Origin: Chthoniobacteraceae bacterium
Lineage (GTDB): Bacteria > Verrucomicrobiota > Verrucomicrobiia > Chthoniobacterales > Chthoniobacteraceae
Assembly: GCA_031409335.1 (NCBI GenBank)
Contig: JANNWY010000170.1
Span: 32,001 to 96,000 of the forward strand
Length of the DNA stretch: 64,000 nucleotides
Direction: 5' to 3'
Under the pieces are notes generated by a model. That model saw only the letters and a program-made list of their open reading frames with translations, did not search any database and had not been told where the DNA came from. The position numbers and the translations under genes were made by a program. Positions 40,154-51,832 of this stretch are shown here, piece by piece (the first letter of the stretch is position 1; each line of letters begins with the position of its first letter).

Positions 40154-41443
40154 ATGAGATTCCCGCTGCCGCTCACTGCCAAGATCGCCGCCTACATCAT
40201 CAAGCATAAGATCAAGCGGACGCCGCGATTCGCGACGGTGCTGCAATTGGAGCCGCTCCATACGTGCAACCTGAGCTGCACCGGCTGCGGGCGGATTCGC
40301 GAATATTCGACCTCGATCAAGGACCTCATGCCGCTCGAAGACTGCCTCGGCGCGGCGGCGGAATGCGATGCGCCGATGATCTCCATCTGCGGGGGCGAGC
40401 CGCTCATTTACCCGCAGATCGAGGCGCTGGTGAAAGGCCTGCTCGATCAAAAGCGGATCGTTTACATCTGCACGAACGCGATGTTCATGCGGAGGAAGAT
40501 GCGCGAATACCTCGCGGTCGAATTTTCCAAGAGGCCCGAGCAGACCGAGGCGCGGATCGAGCGGCTGCTTTCCCAGGAACTGATCTCCGGCAAAGACGCG
40601 GACGAAATTCGCAAAGGTCCGAAGGACGCGGCGAAGCCGGTGATCGGGCCGTCGATGTGGATGTATTGGAACGTGCATCTCGATGGCTTGGAGCGGACGC
40701 ACGATCTGATCGTCGAGCGCGAGGGCGTCTTCAAGGAATGCGTCCTCGCAATCCGCATGGCGAAGCTGCTCGGCTACCAGGTCGCGACGAATACGACGAT
40801 CTACAAGGAAACCGACATGACCGAGATCGAGCGGATGTTTGAATACCTCGCGCACCTCGGCGTGGATGGCCACACGATCTCGCCCGGCTACGAATACGAT
40901 GCCGCGAAGAAGGACATGGTGACGCGGCTCGACTTGCAGCCGGAGGATTTTTTCCTGACGCGCGAGATGACTGTGCAGAAGTTCAAGCACATCGAAAAGT
41001 GGGGCCGCGACTACACGCTGTTCGGCACGCCGATCTATCTCGAATTCCTCGCCGGCAAACGCAACCTGACCTGCTCCGCCTGGGCTATCCCGACGCGCAA
41101 CATCCGCGGCTGGAAAGGCCCGTGCTACCTAATGACCGATGGCCATTGGAAGAGTTACAACGACCTGCTCAATCAGGTCGATTGGGACAAATACGGCATC
41201 GTCGATGGCATCGCTAAAGACCCGCGCTGCGAGAACTGCATGGTCCACTGCGGCTACGAGCCGAGTGCGATGCTCGGGCGGGATGCAAAGCCCGGCGACA
41301 CCTGGAAAAACATCGTGTTCAACTTCGCCGCAAAGCCGCAGCCCTCCGGCGCAGGCCGCAGCGTGAAGCCGTTCGACGGCGTGAGCGCGGGCAATGGGCA
41401 CCTAACCGGCAAGAAGGCGGAAGTGTCGGTGGAAGTGGCGTAA
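40154..41443 (+). CDS. hpnH: Radical SAM adenosyl-hopene transferase HpnH
   Basis: LEPLHTCNLSCTGCGR (CxxxCxxC), GGEP, C-terminal PCYL...CENCMVHCGYE (DUF3463-type). Confidence 0.85.
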   Translation: MRFPLPLTAKIAAYIIKHKIKRTPRFATVLQLEPLHTCNLSCTGCGRIREYSTSIKDLMPLEDCLGAAAECDAPMISICGGEPLIYPQIEALVKGLLDQKRIVYICTNAMFMRRKMREYLAVEFSKRPEQTEARIERLLSQELISGKDADEIRKGPKDAAKPVIGPSMWMYWNVHLDGLERTHDLIVEREGVFKECVLAIRMAKLLGYQVATNTTIYKETDMTEIERMFEYLAHLGVDGHTISPGYEYDAAKKDMVTRLDLQPEDFFLTREMTVQKFKHIEKWGRDYTLFGTPIYLEFLAGKRNLTCSAWAIPTRNIRGWKGPCYLMTDGHWKSYNDLLNQVDWDKYGIVDGIAKDPRCENCMVHCGYEPSAMLGRDAKPGDTWKNIVFNFAAKPQPSGAGRSVKPFDGVSAGNGHLTGKKAEVSVEVA

Positions 41444-41447
41444 AAAA

Positions 41448-41522
41448 GTAGGCGAGGTTTGCAACCTCGCACGGTCGAGCAAAGCGAGACGGGCACTGCG
41501 CGAGGTTGCAAACCTCGCTTGC
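41448..41522. repeat. GTAG-headed REP doublet (REPIN-like), copy 2
   Basis: GTAGGCGAGGTTTGCAACCTCGC (41448-41470, identical to 1773-1795) and inverted GCGAGGTTGCAAACCTCGCTTGC (41500-41522). Between convergent genes. Confidence 0.8.
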
Positions 41523-42241
41523 TATTCGAGATAGAGATCCACCGTCGTCACCACCCGCACGCTTTTCCTGTCCGGCGAGCTGCCGTCCACGTCCTCGATT
41601 TCAAACGGGCCCTGCACGGCGTGGCGGATGCGGCCGATGCGGCTGCCGGAGTCGCCGGCGAATTTCTCCGCGGCGATGCGCGCGTTCTTGTTCGCCTCCT
41701 GGATCATGGCGGGTTTGATTTCATTGAGCCCGGTGTAGAGGAACTGCGCGCGCCCCGAGGCGAGGAGGATGCCCTGCTGCACGAGCTTGTCGCAGTTTTC
41801 GAGCGCGTTTATCACCGCGGCAATTTTGTTTGTGCGAAGCAGCACGGTCACCGTGGCGTCGTAGTGCGGCGGCGGCGGCGGGCCGTCGTCCTTCTCCTTC
41901 GCGCCGGGGCGCACCTCGCGCATATTCGGCGGGGAATTGGAGATCTCCGTCGCGTCGAAGCCGGATTCCTTCAGGAAGGCGTGAATGATTTCGCGCGACT
42001 TCACGAGCCTCTCCTGGAGCTTGCCGAGGTTTTCCTCGGTGAGCGTGAAGGTGACTGGCCAGACGACGGTGTTCGCGGGCACCTCGCGCTCGGAGAGGCC
42101 CTTCACCGTCACGTATTCGTCGAGCCGCTTGTAGCTGCGCGCCGCGTGGCCGAGGAGCAAGGCAAAGAGCGCTAATCCGAGGATGAAGGAAATGCCGATG
42201 ATGCCGGCACCGGATCGCATGGGTTTTGGTTGGTCGTTCAT
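41522..42241 (-). CDS. SIMPL (DUF541) domain protein
   Basis: N-terminal TM, VTVKGLSEREV, LNEIKPAMIQEA, GRIRHAVQGPF, KSVRVVTTV. Confidence 0.85.
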   Translation of the reverse strand: MNDQPKPMRSGAGIIGISFILGLALFALLLGHAARSYKRLDEYVTVKGLSEREVPANTVVWPVTFTLTEENLGKLQERLVKSREIIHAFLKESGFDATEISNSPPNMREVRPGAKEKDDGPPPPPHYDATVTVLLRTNKIAAVINALENCDKLVQQGILLASGRAQFLYTGLNEIKPAMIQEANKNARIAAEKFAGDSGSRIGRIRHAVQGPFEIEDVDGSSPDRKSVRVVTTVDLYLE

Positions 42242-42349
42242 GTGGGTGAATACGTGGATGCGCGCGGATTCTTTCAACGGAAAGCAAATTTTTTAACTAG
42301 CGCCATGTCGGGCAGGAAATTTGCCAACGAAAAAAACGACGGGGCACTC

Positions 42350-43705
42350 TCAGCGCATGGCGGCTTTGAGTTCCGCGAAGCGGCGGCGCATCTCGGTGAG
42401 TCTCTCATGTTGCGCGGGGTCGGCGATGAGGTCATTTTCTTCCGAAGGGTCAGCCTTCAAGTCGAAGAGTTGCTCACGTTTGAAGTCGGGCCAGAAAAAA
42501 TACTTCGCGTCCTTGCGCACGAGTGCTTCCGAGGAGGGGATGAAGCTCGTGTTTTTGATCGTCGCGTGCTCGTAGAAAAACTCCGCGCGCCATTCGGGCC
42601 TCGTCGCGGCGAGGTAGAGCGGCGCGAGGTCGCGGCCCTGCATGGTGATGGGTGCCTGGATGCCGGTGGCGGCGAGGATGGTGGGAGCCAAGTCCACGTT
42701 CAGCGCGAAGTCATCATTGGTCTGTCCGCGCGCGGCCTTACCCATGCGGGGATCGCGCACGATCAGCGGCACGCGGATACTTTCCTCGTGCGGATACCAT
42801 TTGTCGGCGAGGCCGTGCTCGGCGTGGAAGTAGCCATTGTCGCCGGTGAAAATGACGAGCGTATTGTCGAGCAAACCCTGCTTCTTCAACTCCGCCAGCA
42901 CGCGCCCGCACGTCGCATCCACCTCGGTCGCGAGACGGTAGTAGTTCTTCATCATCGCCTGGTATTTCTCCGGCGTGTCGAAACGCCAGTGCCAGCGAGC
43001 GCGGCCTTCGTTCTTCTCATTCGCGATGAAAGGCGGGAGCCGCCGGAAGGACTCATCTGTCGCGTTCGGCGGCACGGGAATGGTCACGTCCTGATATAGC
43101 TTCATGCTTTCCGGCTGGGGTAGATATTGCAGCGGATTTCCGTCCTCCGCATGGATGGCGAAAAACGCGAGTGTGAGACAGAACGGCTTGTCCGCAGGCC
43201 GCGTGCGCAGGAACTCCAACGCATCGTTTTCGTTCTTCTGCGTGACGTGGATCTTCGTGCCGTCGGCCTGCTTCAGCCAATGGGTTCCGGAGTAGGCGCG
43301 TCCGAAGTCAAAGTTCCCGGCGGGGAACTTCCCATTGTGCCATTTCCCGATATGTCCCACGTAGTAGCCATTCGCGCGCAACAGGCCGGGATAAGTCTCC
43401 GTCCACGGTGTCTTGAACATCGCAAACGCCGGATTCCCATGCCGCGACATCCATTGCCCCGTGAACAGCGACGCCCGGCTCACCCCGCAAATCGCCGTCG
43501 TCACGCAGGCATGGGTAAAGCGCATTCCCTCGCTGGCTAACTGGTCGAGATGCGGCGTCTTGACGACCGGGTTCCCCGCGCAGCCGAGTGTGTTGTAGCG
43601 CCAGTCGTCGGCGTAGAGGACGAGAATGTTCAGCGGCTTTTCCGCGGCGGTGGCGGGCGGGCAGAGGAAGCTCAGCAGCGTTGCGAGAACGATGAGCGGT
43701 TTCAT
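42350..43705 (-). CDS. Sulfatase (S1 family)
   Basis: [30 protein letters not shown]. Confidence 0.9.
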   Translation of the reverse strand: MKPLIVLATLLSFLCPPATAAEKPLNILVLYADDWRYNTLGCAGNPVVKTPHLDQLASEGMRFTHACVTTAICGVSRASLFTGQWMSRHGNPAFAMFKTPWTETYPGLLRANGYYVGHIGKWHNGKFPAGNFDFGRAYSGTHWLKQADGTKIHVTQKNENDALEFLRTRPADKPFCLTLAFFAIHAEDGNPLQYLPQPESMKLYQDVTIPVPPNATDESFRRLPPFIANEKNEGRARWHWRFDTPEKYQAMMKNYYRLATEVDATCGRVLAELKKQGLLDNTLVIFTGDNGYFHAEHGLADKWYPHEESIRVPLIVRDPRMGKAARGQTNDDFALNVDLAPTILAATGIQAPITMQGRDLAPLYLAATRPEWRAEFFYEHATIKNTSFIPSSEALVRKDAKYFFWPDFKREQLFDLKADPSEENDLIADPAQHERLTEMRRRFAELKAAMR

Positions 43706-46326
43706 GGCTGGAACATCGCATGAGTCTTGTCTCCTCCACTTAGGACGTAGGCGAGCAGGTCGAGGACTTCCTCCTTGGTCAGCATGTTCAGCAGCATTGG
43801 CGGCATCGGTGAGATTTTACTGGGTTCGATGCTCTTCACTTGCTTGCGATCGACGTTCACCCGCTGGTTGGGATCACTCAGATCGGTATTCAGTGTAACA
43901 CCGTCACCACTGAGATTCACGACGACGCCGGAGAGGATGTCGCCATCGTTCTTGGTCACGATGATGGGTGCGAACTGCTCGTTGATCTCCTTGCTGGGAT
44001 TGATGATCTGATCGAGCAAGTCGTGCGGGCTGTAGCGTCCGCCTGCACCGGTGAGATCGGGGCCGGTCATGCCGCCGGCATTGCCAAAGCGGTGGCAGGT
44101 ATAGCACGCGGATGCGGTGAACATTGTACGGCCGGTGGCGAACGTGCGGTTCTTCATGCCAGTCTTCGCAGCGGCACTGAGTTCATCGAGCGTCCACATG
44201 GTGGGAGTGCGTCCACTGAAAATCGCGCCGACGTTTTCGATGGCGGATTTGGCCTCCGGTTTCCTGGCGATGAGTTCGGCAAAGTGCGCGGTTTCCGCGG
44301 GCGTGAAGGTGGCGAGCGAGTCTTTGCGGATGAAGTCGATGAAGATGGCGAAGCTACTTCCGCCCTTGTAGTTCGCCGCCTTGAGGAACCATTCGAGCTG
44401 CTGGGTGCGCAGTGCGTTCGTCCAGCCAGTCTTTAACATGCGCAGGCTGCGTGCGTATTCGATCTGCGGCTCCTGACTCTCCGCGGCGGCGATGAGAGCC
44501 ATGCCTTTCGTCGCGGTGTTCGGCGCTTGCAGGTGAGCGAGGGTTTCGATGAGCAGCCAGTTTAACTCGAAGCTATCGGCGGGAAACGCGGGATCGAGCT
44601 TGGCGATGATCGCGGCGATGGTGGCGTCGTTGGGTTTGCCAAAGCGATTGAGCACGATCTCGGTGAGGCGCACGTGGGCGAGGCGTTGCTCCGGGGTGAG
44701 TTTGCCAAAGTCGTGCTTCAGCAGCGCAGCGAGGACGGCGTCGCGTGTTTTCTCATCCGTCTTATAGGACGTATTGGACTCATTCGACCTATGCGTCGGA
44801 CAGACGCCCACGCGGCGGGTAAGTGCGAGCAGGGCCTCGAGCTGGCTGGTGATGTCGGTTTCCGCGAGCGCTTTGTTTTCCCACCCGGCGAGCGGCTGAT
44901 GCTCGATCGCGGTGCGCGCGGCGGCGCGGATGAAGCGATCGTTGTGTCCGAGATGCGGCCAGGCGGTGGGGATGGCTTGCGGGTCTTGCTTGCCGTGGAA
45001 GGCGGCGAGGCTTCGGCGTAGCGCGGTGGCTTTGTCGGATGGGTCAGATAGGTCTGACGCCACGGCGCTTTCCGTCCCCGTGTAAGTCACGCGGTAAAGC
45101 CCCGATTGCACGCGCCGGCCGCCGATGGCGAAATACATCGCGCCATCTTTGTGGATGATCGCGTCCGTGACCGGCAGCGGGCCGCCGGTGACGAATTCTT
45201 CCTTCGTCGCGCGGTAGCTCGCACCGTCCCGCTTCAAATGAACCGCGTAGATTTTGCCCCAACTCCAATCGAGCACGAACAAGGCTTCCTGGTACTTCGC
45301 GGGAAACTTCGCGCCGTAGCCAAACGTCGTGCCAGTGGGTGATCCGGGGCCGATGTTCAGCGTGGCGGGAAGGTTGTCGTAGTAAAATTCAGGATACTTT
45401 CCCGCACCGTTGCGCCAGCCAAATTCCGCGCCGCTGACGACGTGATTGATCCGCGTGGGCCGATACCACGAAGTGTTGAAATCATACTCCATGTCCGCAT
45501 CGTAAGTGAATAGTTCGCCATCCCGATTCACGCTCGCGTCAAAAATATTGCGAAAGCCGGACGCGAAAATCTCGAACTCCTTCCCATCCGGCGAGACGCG
45601 ATAAATGATGCCGCCGGGAGCCATGACGTGGCGGTTGTGACCGCGACCATCCGGCATCCGCGGGAGAAGGTGGTCGTCGCCCCACAGCTTTGGCACCGGC
45701 GAAGTCGCGGTGGTTTCCGTGAGGATGGCATTGTTGCCGCAGACGAGATACAGACCCTTGCCATCGGGTGTGAGCACCACGGCATGGACGCCGTGATCAC
45801 CCTTGGAATCGAAACCGCGCAAGAGTTCCACCTTGTCGAGTTGGTCGTCGTCATCGCCATCGGAGATGCGATACAGCCCGCTCTTGATCTTCTGCTCGTA
45901 GTCATTCACGCCGACATAGAGCGCGCCAAAGGCGAACAGCATCCCATTCACCGCGCGGATGTCTGCGGGCACTTTTTGCACCTTCGCCGGATCGAGCGGC
46001 TGCCCGGTTGGCGGTGGAGTAAAGCGATAGAGCCCGCCGTATTGATCGCTGGCATAGATGCGGCCCTTGTCGTCGCTGCAAAGATTTACCCAAGATCCCT
46101 GCTCGCCGCCAGGCACGGAATAGAGCAGCTCCACTTTGAAATCCTTCGCCGCCTTGATGCGCGCGACCGGCGTCGCGGTGTTTTCCCCGATGGCTTCACC
46201 GACGGCGTCCTGCTTCTTAGGCCGCGGCTTCGCCACGCGACCCGGCGCCGACTCTTGTGCGGATCCCACGTGGACCGCGCACCATGCGATGGTGCCGTAA
46301 GTGAGGATGAATTGGCTGTATTTCAT
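43702..46326 (-). CDS. PVC-type beta-propeller/HEAT protein with C-terminal heme-binding CxxCH
   Basis: GFRNIFD, DADMEYD, WYRPTR, CYTCH, GPDLT, SPMP. Confidence 0.85.
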   Translation of the reverse strand: MKYSQFILTYGTIAWCAVHVGSAQESAPGRVAKPRPKKQDAVGEAIGENTATPVARIKAAKDFKVELLYSVPGGEQGSWVNLCSDDKGRIYASDQYGGLYRFTPPPTGQPLDPAKVQKVPADIRAVNGMLFAFGALYVGVNDYEQKIKSGLYRISDGDDDDQLDKVELLRGFDSKGDHGVHAVVLTPDGKGLYLVCGNNAILTETTATSPVPKLWGDDHLLPRMPDGRGHNRHVMAPGGIIYRVSPDGKEFEIFASGFRNIFDASVNRDGELFTYDADMEYDFNTSWYRPTRINHVVSGAEFGWRNGAGKYPEFYYDNLPATLNIGPGSPTGTTFGYGAKFPAKYQEALFVLDWSWGKIYAVHLKRDGASYRATKEEFVTGGPLPVTDAIIHKDGAMYFAIGGRRVQSGLYRVTYTGTESAVASDLSDPSDKATALRRSLAAFHGKQDPQAIPTAWPHLGHNDRFIRAAARTAIEHQPLAGWENKALAETDITSQLEALLALTRRVGVCPTHRSNESNTSYKTDEKTRDAVLAALLKHDFGKLTPEQRLAHVRLTEIVLNRFGKPNDATIAAIIAKLDPAFPADSFELNWLLIETLAHLQAPNTATKGMALIAAAESQEPQIEYARSLRMLKTGWTNALRTQQLEWFLKAANYKGGSSFAIFIDFIRKDSLATFTPAETAHFAELIARKPEAKSAIENVGAIFSGRTPTMWTLDELSAAAKTGMKNRTFATGRTMFTASACYTCHRFGNAGGMTGPDLTGAGGRYSPHDLLDQIINPSKEINEQFAPIIVTKNDGDILSGVVVNLSGDGVTLNTDLSDPNQRVNVDRKQVKSIEPSKISPMPPMLLNMLTKEEVLDLLAYVLSGGDKTHAMFQP

Positions 46327-46629
46327 GGGTTATATTTTCGCGGGCACTGGTTTGGATTTCATTCGTCATCCGGCGCTTTTGCGTCGGGAGAATAGGTCTG
46401 GTTTTGTCGAGGTCACGGCTGTTCTTCATCGCGCGCACGGTTTCGATGCGGGGCGCACCCCGCGAGGTGCTTACCATTGCCGCTTTTTACAGGAGCGGAC
46501 GTAGGCGGCGGCGAAAAAATGAAGATGCGCGCGCTCCGTAAGATCATGCGCGGAAAACTTTCGACTAGCAAATCGCGGATAGCGCGGCGGATTGGCAATG
46601 CGACTGGAATTGAGTCTGGCCGCGCGCCG

Positions 46630-48813
46630 CTAAGTCCTGCTCTTCCCCCGCTTGCCTTTCACGTAAGTCACAGGCCGCCGCTTCGGTTCGATCTTGGAAA
46701 TGCCGGTGCCGGTTTTGAGTTCGGCGATTTGGTCGCGGAGCAGGGCGGCTTTTTCGTATTCGAGATTGCCGGAGGCGATGAGCATTTCCTGCTCTAGTTC
46801 GCGCAGGGTTTCGCTGAGGGAAAAATCGCCGCCGCCTTCGCGCACTACATTTTCCTCGATCTGCCGAGCGCGCAGGATGGTGTGCAGGCTTTCCTGCACG
46901 GCGCGCTGCACGCTGCGCGGCGTGATGCCGTGTTTTTCGTTGTACTCAAGTTGCTTGGCGCGGCGGTATTCGGTGATCGCCAGAAGCGCGTCCATGCTTT
47001 TCGTCACGGTGTCGGCGAAGAGATAAACTTCGCCGTTCACATGCCTCGCGGCGCGACCTGCGGTTTGGATGAGCGAAGTCTGTGAGCGCAGGTAGCCTTC
47101 CTTGTCGGCATCCAGGATACAGACGAGTGAGACTTCGGGTAAGTCCAAGCCTTCGCGGAGAAGGTTGATGCCGACTAACACATCGAACTCCGCCGCTCGG
47201 AGGGCACGCAGGATTTCCACGCGTTCGATGGTGTCGATGTCGCTGTGCAGGTAGCGCACTTTTAAGCCGACTTCGCGGAAGTAATCGGAGAGATCTTCGG
47301 CGGTGCGTTTCGTGAGGGTGGTAATAAGAACGCGCTCGTTTTTCTCGATGCGCTGACGGCAAAGCTCGAGCGTCTCGTCGATCTGCGACTTGAGCGGGCG
47401 GATGGTGATGCGTGGATCGAGCAGGCCGGTCGGGCGGATGATTTGCTCGACGACCAGCGGCGCGCCGGGCGTGTGGACATCGAATTTTTCCACCGGCGCA
47501 TCCGTGCGCGACAACTTCGGCGCAGTGCCAGGGAGCACGAATGGGATGGCTTCCTCTTCGCCGATGCGGTCGCGTTTGTGGGGAAAGTATTCGGCGTTTC
47601 CGACGATGGAGTTTTTGATCTCAAACTCCGCCGGGGTCGCGCTGATGTAGAGCGCCTGGCCGGTACGCTCCATGAATTCGGGGAAGCGCAGCGGGCGATT
47701 GTCGAGCGCGCTGGGCAGGCGGAAGCCGTAATCGACGAGCGTGGTTTTGCGCGACTTGTCGCCTTCGTACATGCCACCGATTTGGGGAATGCTCGCGTGC
47801 GACTCATCGACGACGAGCAGGAAATCGCGCGGGAAGAAATCCAGCAGCGTGAAGGGTCGTGAGCCGGGCGGACGTCCGCTGAGATGGCGCGAGTAGTTCT
47901 CGATGCCGCTGCAAAAGCCCATCTCCTGCATCATCTCGAGATCGTATTCCGTGCGCTGCTTTAGCCGCTGCGCTTCGAGGAGTTTGCCCTGCTTTTCCAA
48001 CTCGATGATGCGTGCGTCCAGTTCCACGCGGATCGTCCCCATCGCGACGCGCATCTTTTCGTACGGCGTCACGAATTGCTTCGCCGGATACAGCGTGGTC
48101 ATCGTGATCTGCTCATACACATGCCCCGTGAGCGGCTCGAAGCGTGTGATGCGGTCAATCTCGTCGCCGAAAAATTCGATGCGGATTCCCTCCTCGTCCA
48201 AGTTCGCCGGCTGCACTTCCACCACATCGCCGCGCACGCGAAATCTGCCGCGTTCAAAGGCGATGTCATTCCGCTGGTAAAGCATCTCCACCAGCTTCGC
48301 GAGCACGCCCTCACGCGAGATGGTCTGCCCGACTTTCAGCGTCAGCAGCATGTTCATATAGTCTTCCGGTGAACCCAGGCCGTAGATACACGATACGCTC
48401 GCGATCACGATCACATCCTTCCGCGAAAGCAGCGAGGAAGTCGTCGAAAGCCGCAGCCTTTCAATCTCCTCGTTAATACTCGAATCCTTCTCGATATAGG
48501 TATCGGTGCGCGGGATGTAAGCCTCGGGCTGATAGTAGTCGAAGTAACTCACGAAATACTCGACCGCGTTTTCCGGGAAGAACTGTTTGAACTCGGAGTA
48601 AAGCTGCGCGGCGAGGGTCTTGTTGTGCGAGATCACCAGCGTCGGCTTTTCCACATCGCGGATCACATTCGCCGCCGTGAAAGTCTTCCCCGACCCCGTC
48701 ACGCCGAGCAGCGTCTGATGCCGGTTCCCCGCGAGGATCGACTTGCTCAGCTTCGCGATGGCCTGCGCCTGGTCGCCCTTGGGCTGGTAGTTGGAAGCGA
48801 GTGAAAAGGACAT
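46630..48813 (-). CDS. uvrB: Excinuclease ABC subunit B
   Basis: [29 protein letters not shown] domain (YEKAALLRD). Confidence 0.97.
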   Translation of the reverse strand: MSFSLASNYQPKGDQAQAIAKLSKSILAGNRHQTLLGVTGSGKTFTAANVIRDVEKPTLVISHNKTLAAQLYSEFKQFFPENAVEYFVSYFDYYQPEAYIPRTDTYIEKDSSINEEIERLRLSTTSSLLSRKDVIVIASVSCIYGLGSPEDYMNMLLTLKVGQTISREGVLAKLVEMLYQRNDIAFERGRFRVRGDVVEVQPANLDEEGIRIEFFGDEIDRITRFEPLTGHVYEQITMTTLYPAKQFVTPYEKMRVAMGTIRVELDARIIELEKQGKLLEAQRLKQRTEYDLEMMQEMGFCSGIENYSRHLSGRPPGSRPFTLLDFFPRDFLLVVDESHASIPQIGGMYEGDKSRKTTLVDYGFRLPSALDNRPLRFPEFMERTGQALYISATPAEFEIKNSIVGNAEYFPHKRDRIGEEEAIPFVLPGTAPKLSRTDAPVEKFDVHTPGAPLVVEQIIRPTGLLDPRITIRPLKSQIDETLELCRQRIEKNERVLITTLTKRTAEDLSDYFREVGLKVRYLHSDIDTIERVEILRALRAAEFDVLVGINLLREGLDLPEVSLVCILDADKEGYLRSQTSLIQTAGRAARHVNGEVYLFADTVTKSMDALLAITEYRRAKQLEYNEKHGITPRSVQRAVQESLHTILRARQIEENVVREGGGDFSLSETLRELEQEMLIASGNLEYEKAALLRDQIAELKTGTGISKIEPKRRPVTYVKGKRGKSRT

Positions 48814-48843
48814 TCGCGCAGCGTAATGCGGCGCGAGTGCGAA

Positions 48844-51204
48844 TCAATGACCGCGGCGCACCCGACGCGAGCCGAGCCATCCCGCGCCGATCAAGAGCAA
48901 TGCGACGGTGCCCGGTTCGGGCACAACGGGGACCGTCGCCGGATCGACGGGCTTGAGGCCGTGCCGATCATATTGCTGCTGCGTTTCCAGAACGACTGCG
49001 CCGCTCACGGGCGTGACGAGTTGGAGTTGCACCGCGAGCTTTTCCGCCTCCTCCCGCTGCGTGGGCGTGACGCGCATCCGCTCGATTTCCTCGCGCCCCC
49101 ACAAACGCGCCACATGCCGGTCAGCAGCCTTCGCCGGGCCGGTGATTTCTGAGCGCGGGATGCGCTCGCGCTCCACGACGTAGCGATTCGCGCGACCCGC
49201 CCAGCGATCGAGCAGCAGCGCCAGCCGATCTGCCGCTTTCCAGCCATCGAGCACGCGATGCCACGTGACGAGCGTGTCGATTTTTTCGGCGATGCGATTG
49301 GGGCCGGTGCCGATGTCGATGTCGAAGATTCTCGGATGCGGTTCATCGCTGGCAAAGCTTTCGATCAGCGGATTGATTTCGCCGAGCAGGACGGGCTGCG
49401 TCCCGTGAATCCAGACGATGCCCGCGTCGGATTCTCCGCGCAGTTTTTGCCACGCGGCAGTGAGTGCGGGCACGTTGGCGCGCCCACCGATGCACTCGTG
49501 CATTTGCAGCCAGTCTTTCAGCGGCCCAGTTTTTGGCTCCCACGCGGAGATGGCGTCGCCTGCAAAAAACACCAAGTCCGGCGCGTGTTCCGTCTTTGCG
49601 GCCAGTTCGATCAGTCCCTTGAAATGCGGACGCATTTCGCGTGAGCCGTCGATGACCCAGGCGACCTTTTTCGGACGCGCGCTTTTTTCCACCCGGACCG
49701 TCTGCCGGATAGCGGAGGCCGGATCGGCGGGATCGTCCGTGGCGGAATCGCTGGCGCTTTCCGGCAGCGCGATGAGGAGCGGCGTGGCTTCTTGAAAGGC
49801 ACGGTCGCGGAGTTCGCGGAGCGCGGTGGTGCTGCCGCCGATGAAAGGCACGTTCGACTCGATCTTCGCGTGATGGGCGAGGCCGCTGGCGGATGCAAAA
49901 TTCGTCTCTATCAAACGCGGCCAATCGACCGCGCCGCCGCGCGCGGCGGTGAGCCGGACGGGCGCGGTGATACCGATGCGAATCTTCATCTCGCCGCCAT
50001 CCGCCGGGACGGGAAAGCACTGCATGAGGATGCGATCCGGCCCACAAGTATTGACCAGCACAGGATCGCGCCGCTGCACCACGGCGATCTCCCGATACGC
50101 CGCGCGCACCTGCTCGCGACTGCCAAACGCCGCCTCGCGCGGCTCGCCGCCGATCCACAAAGTCAGCCGCGAGACGACGCCGCCCGGCGGCAGTTCGATC
50201 TGCGCGCGCGCCTCGCTCGCGTCGCCCGCGATGTTTTTGAAAACCATCGTCCACTCCGTGTAGCTGGTGAGCCCGGTGGCATCGACTTTACCTTCGAGCT
50301 GCGAAGTTTCCATCGTGAGGCCCGCGACTTTTCCAGCGACGCGCTCGCCGCCGATGTGCTGGTCGAAATTGCGGATGCCCCGTCCGCTCCGACCCGTGAC
50401 GGAGACCGCCGAGGGAGCGGGCTTAGAATTGTACGGAACGCCCGTCACGCGGTAATAGACCTTCTGATTCGTCTCAAGGTCGCTCACGTTTGAAAACAGC
50501 CTGGCGTTCATGATGGTCGTCCACGGATCACTCGCCGTGCGATAGCAGACCTCCCGCATCGTGCGTTCACTGCCGATGTGGCGGAGCCATTGGATTGCAC
50601 TCGCCTGCTCCCCGGCTCCGCGCGCTGTGGAAGCTTTCTCGATGAGTGCACAGGTCGCCATTTCCCAGGCAAGCGGCAGAGCCAGCGCGGCGAATCCGAG
50701 CGTGAATCCGACGACGGGGCGTTTGTCGCGGGGCTGGAAAATCGGCGCTTTCCTGAGCGCATGCAGGTTTGCCGCAAACGCGAGGATCGGCGTGAGTGGA
50801 AGCAGCCCGAGACCGAGGAACACGAGGGCAATTCCCGCCATTGGCAGCATTGGCAGAAAGACGACCGTGTATGACAGCGAAACTGCCAGCGCAGCGGGGA
50901 GCAGGTATGGCAGCCACGCATCGGCGCGATTTCCAGAATGGTTGACTCTTTTGAACGCGAGGAAATTTGCCGCCGGCACGAGCGCCACGAGCAGCACATG
51001 CCACCACCTCGGGATGGGATCGAAGATGGCTCCTCCGCAAAAGTGTGTGAACAGCTCGAGCCCGAGCGTGAAGATCGGTAGCGCGATCCCGAACGCGACG
51101 AACCACGAGCCGAATGGCCGAATTGGCTTTCCTCGAAGTGGCGTGGGCGAAATGCTGGCGTGAGTTGGGGAACGATCGACGGCGGGAGAGGGGCGCTCAG
51201 TCAT
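48844..51204 (-). CDS. Multi-pass membrane protein with VIT domain and C-terminal PEP-CTERM
   Basis: N-terminal TM helices, YTEWTMVFKN...EARAQIELPPGGVVSRLTLWIGG...RRDP (VIT), VPEPGTVALLLIGAGWLGSRR. Confidence 0.8.
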   Translation of the reverse strand: MTERPSPAVDRSPTHASISPTPLRGKPIRPFGSWFVAFGIALPIFTLGLELFTHFCGGAIFDPIPRWWHVLLVALVPAANFLAFKRVNHSGNRADAWLPYLLPAALAVSLSYTVVFLPMLPMAGIALVFLGLGLLPLTPILAFAANLHALRKAPIFQPRDKRPVVGFTLGFAALALPLAWEMATCALIEKASTARGAGEQASAIQWLRHIGSERTMREVCYRTASDPWTTIMNARLFSNVSDLETNQKVYYRVTGVPYNSKPAPSAVSVTGRSGRGIRNFDQHIGGERVAGKVAGLTMETSQLEGKVDATGLTSYTEWTMVFKNIAGDASEARAQIELPPGGVVSRLTLWIGGEPREAAFGSREQVRAAYREIAVVQRRDPVLVNTCGPDRILMQCFPVPADGGEMKIRIGITAPVRLTAARGGAVDWPRLIETNFASASGLAHHAKIESNVPFIGGSTTALRELRDRAFQEATPLLIALPESASDSATDDPADPASAIRQTVRVEKSARPKKVAWVIDGSREMRPHFKGLIELAAKTEHAPDLVFFAGDAISAWEPKTGPLKDWLQMHECIGGRANVPALTAAWQKLRGESDAGIVWIHGTQPVLLGEINPLIESFASDEPHPRIFDIDIGTGPNRIAEKIDTLVTWHRVLDGWKAADRLALLLDRWAGRANRYVVERERIPRSEITGPAKAADRHVARLWGREEIERMRVTPTQREEAEKLAVQLQLVTPVSGAVVLETQQQYDRHGLKPVDPATVPVVPEPGTVALLLIGAGWLGSRRVRRGH

Positions 51205-51277
51205 GCGGGGAGGTTGGCACCTGCCGCAGTGCGGGCCAAGGGGGAATCTGTTCCCGGCAGCGAGGGCCTGGCCGAAA

Positions 51278-51832
51278 TCAAATCTCCGGGATGGATCGCC
51301 GGATTTCTTCAAAGCGCACCCATGTCCCGTGCTCGCGACACCATTTTTCGATGTAGCCGAAATCGAGCGCGTCTGCTTGGACGGCGATGATGTTACGGGC
51401 GTCGTCGAGATCCTTGCTGCGCGCCCAGCGGAGTTTTTGGATGACGAGATCCTCGGGCGCTGGCACCCAAAAGGTGCGGCCAATCGAGGACAAGGAGGCC
51501 TGCCGGCGACGCGTAAATTCCTCTTGATGGCGGGCATCGTCGGAAAGGTGAAACATCTCAACGCAAAAGTCCGAACCGACCACATTGATGATCCATCGAT
51601 AGCTCCCGGTGATGAGTTCCATTCGCGGCTGCGGGTCGATGAGGAAGTTGGCCGGCAGATGCTTCGCCACTTCTTCGATTCCACCCATTTTTACTCCGAG
51701 CAGGAAATCCGCATCCTTGGTCGTACGGGCAAATGTGTAACAATTAACGGCGAGGGCACCGACGATCACATAGTCAATTTTCGTTTACTCAACGGCAGTT
51801 AGCGCCGCGATCACGATTTCCTGCGACGTCAT
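51278..51832 (-). pseudogene. Nucleotidyltransferase-fold protein interrupted by in-frame TAA
   Basis: MTSQEIVIAALTAVE*TKIDYVIVGALAV...RTTKDADF...EDLVIQKL..RSKDLDD. TAA at 51785-51787. ATG overlaps the upstream TGA. Confidence 0.7.

Noticed and set aside
43460..43495. Non-canonical sulfatase motif CGVSR instead of CxPxR
   Set aside because: Variants lacking Pro are known among S1 sulfatases.
46327..46629. Small ORFs or structured RNA between the heme protein gene and uvrB
   Set aside because: No recognisable motif, riboswitch or coding signal.
48844..51684. 946-aa ORF as a single protein
   Set aside because: The first ~160 codons overlap the NTase gene in another frame. The likely start is 51204.
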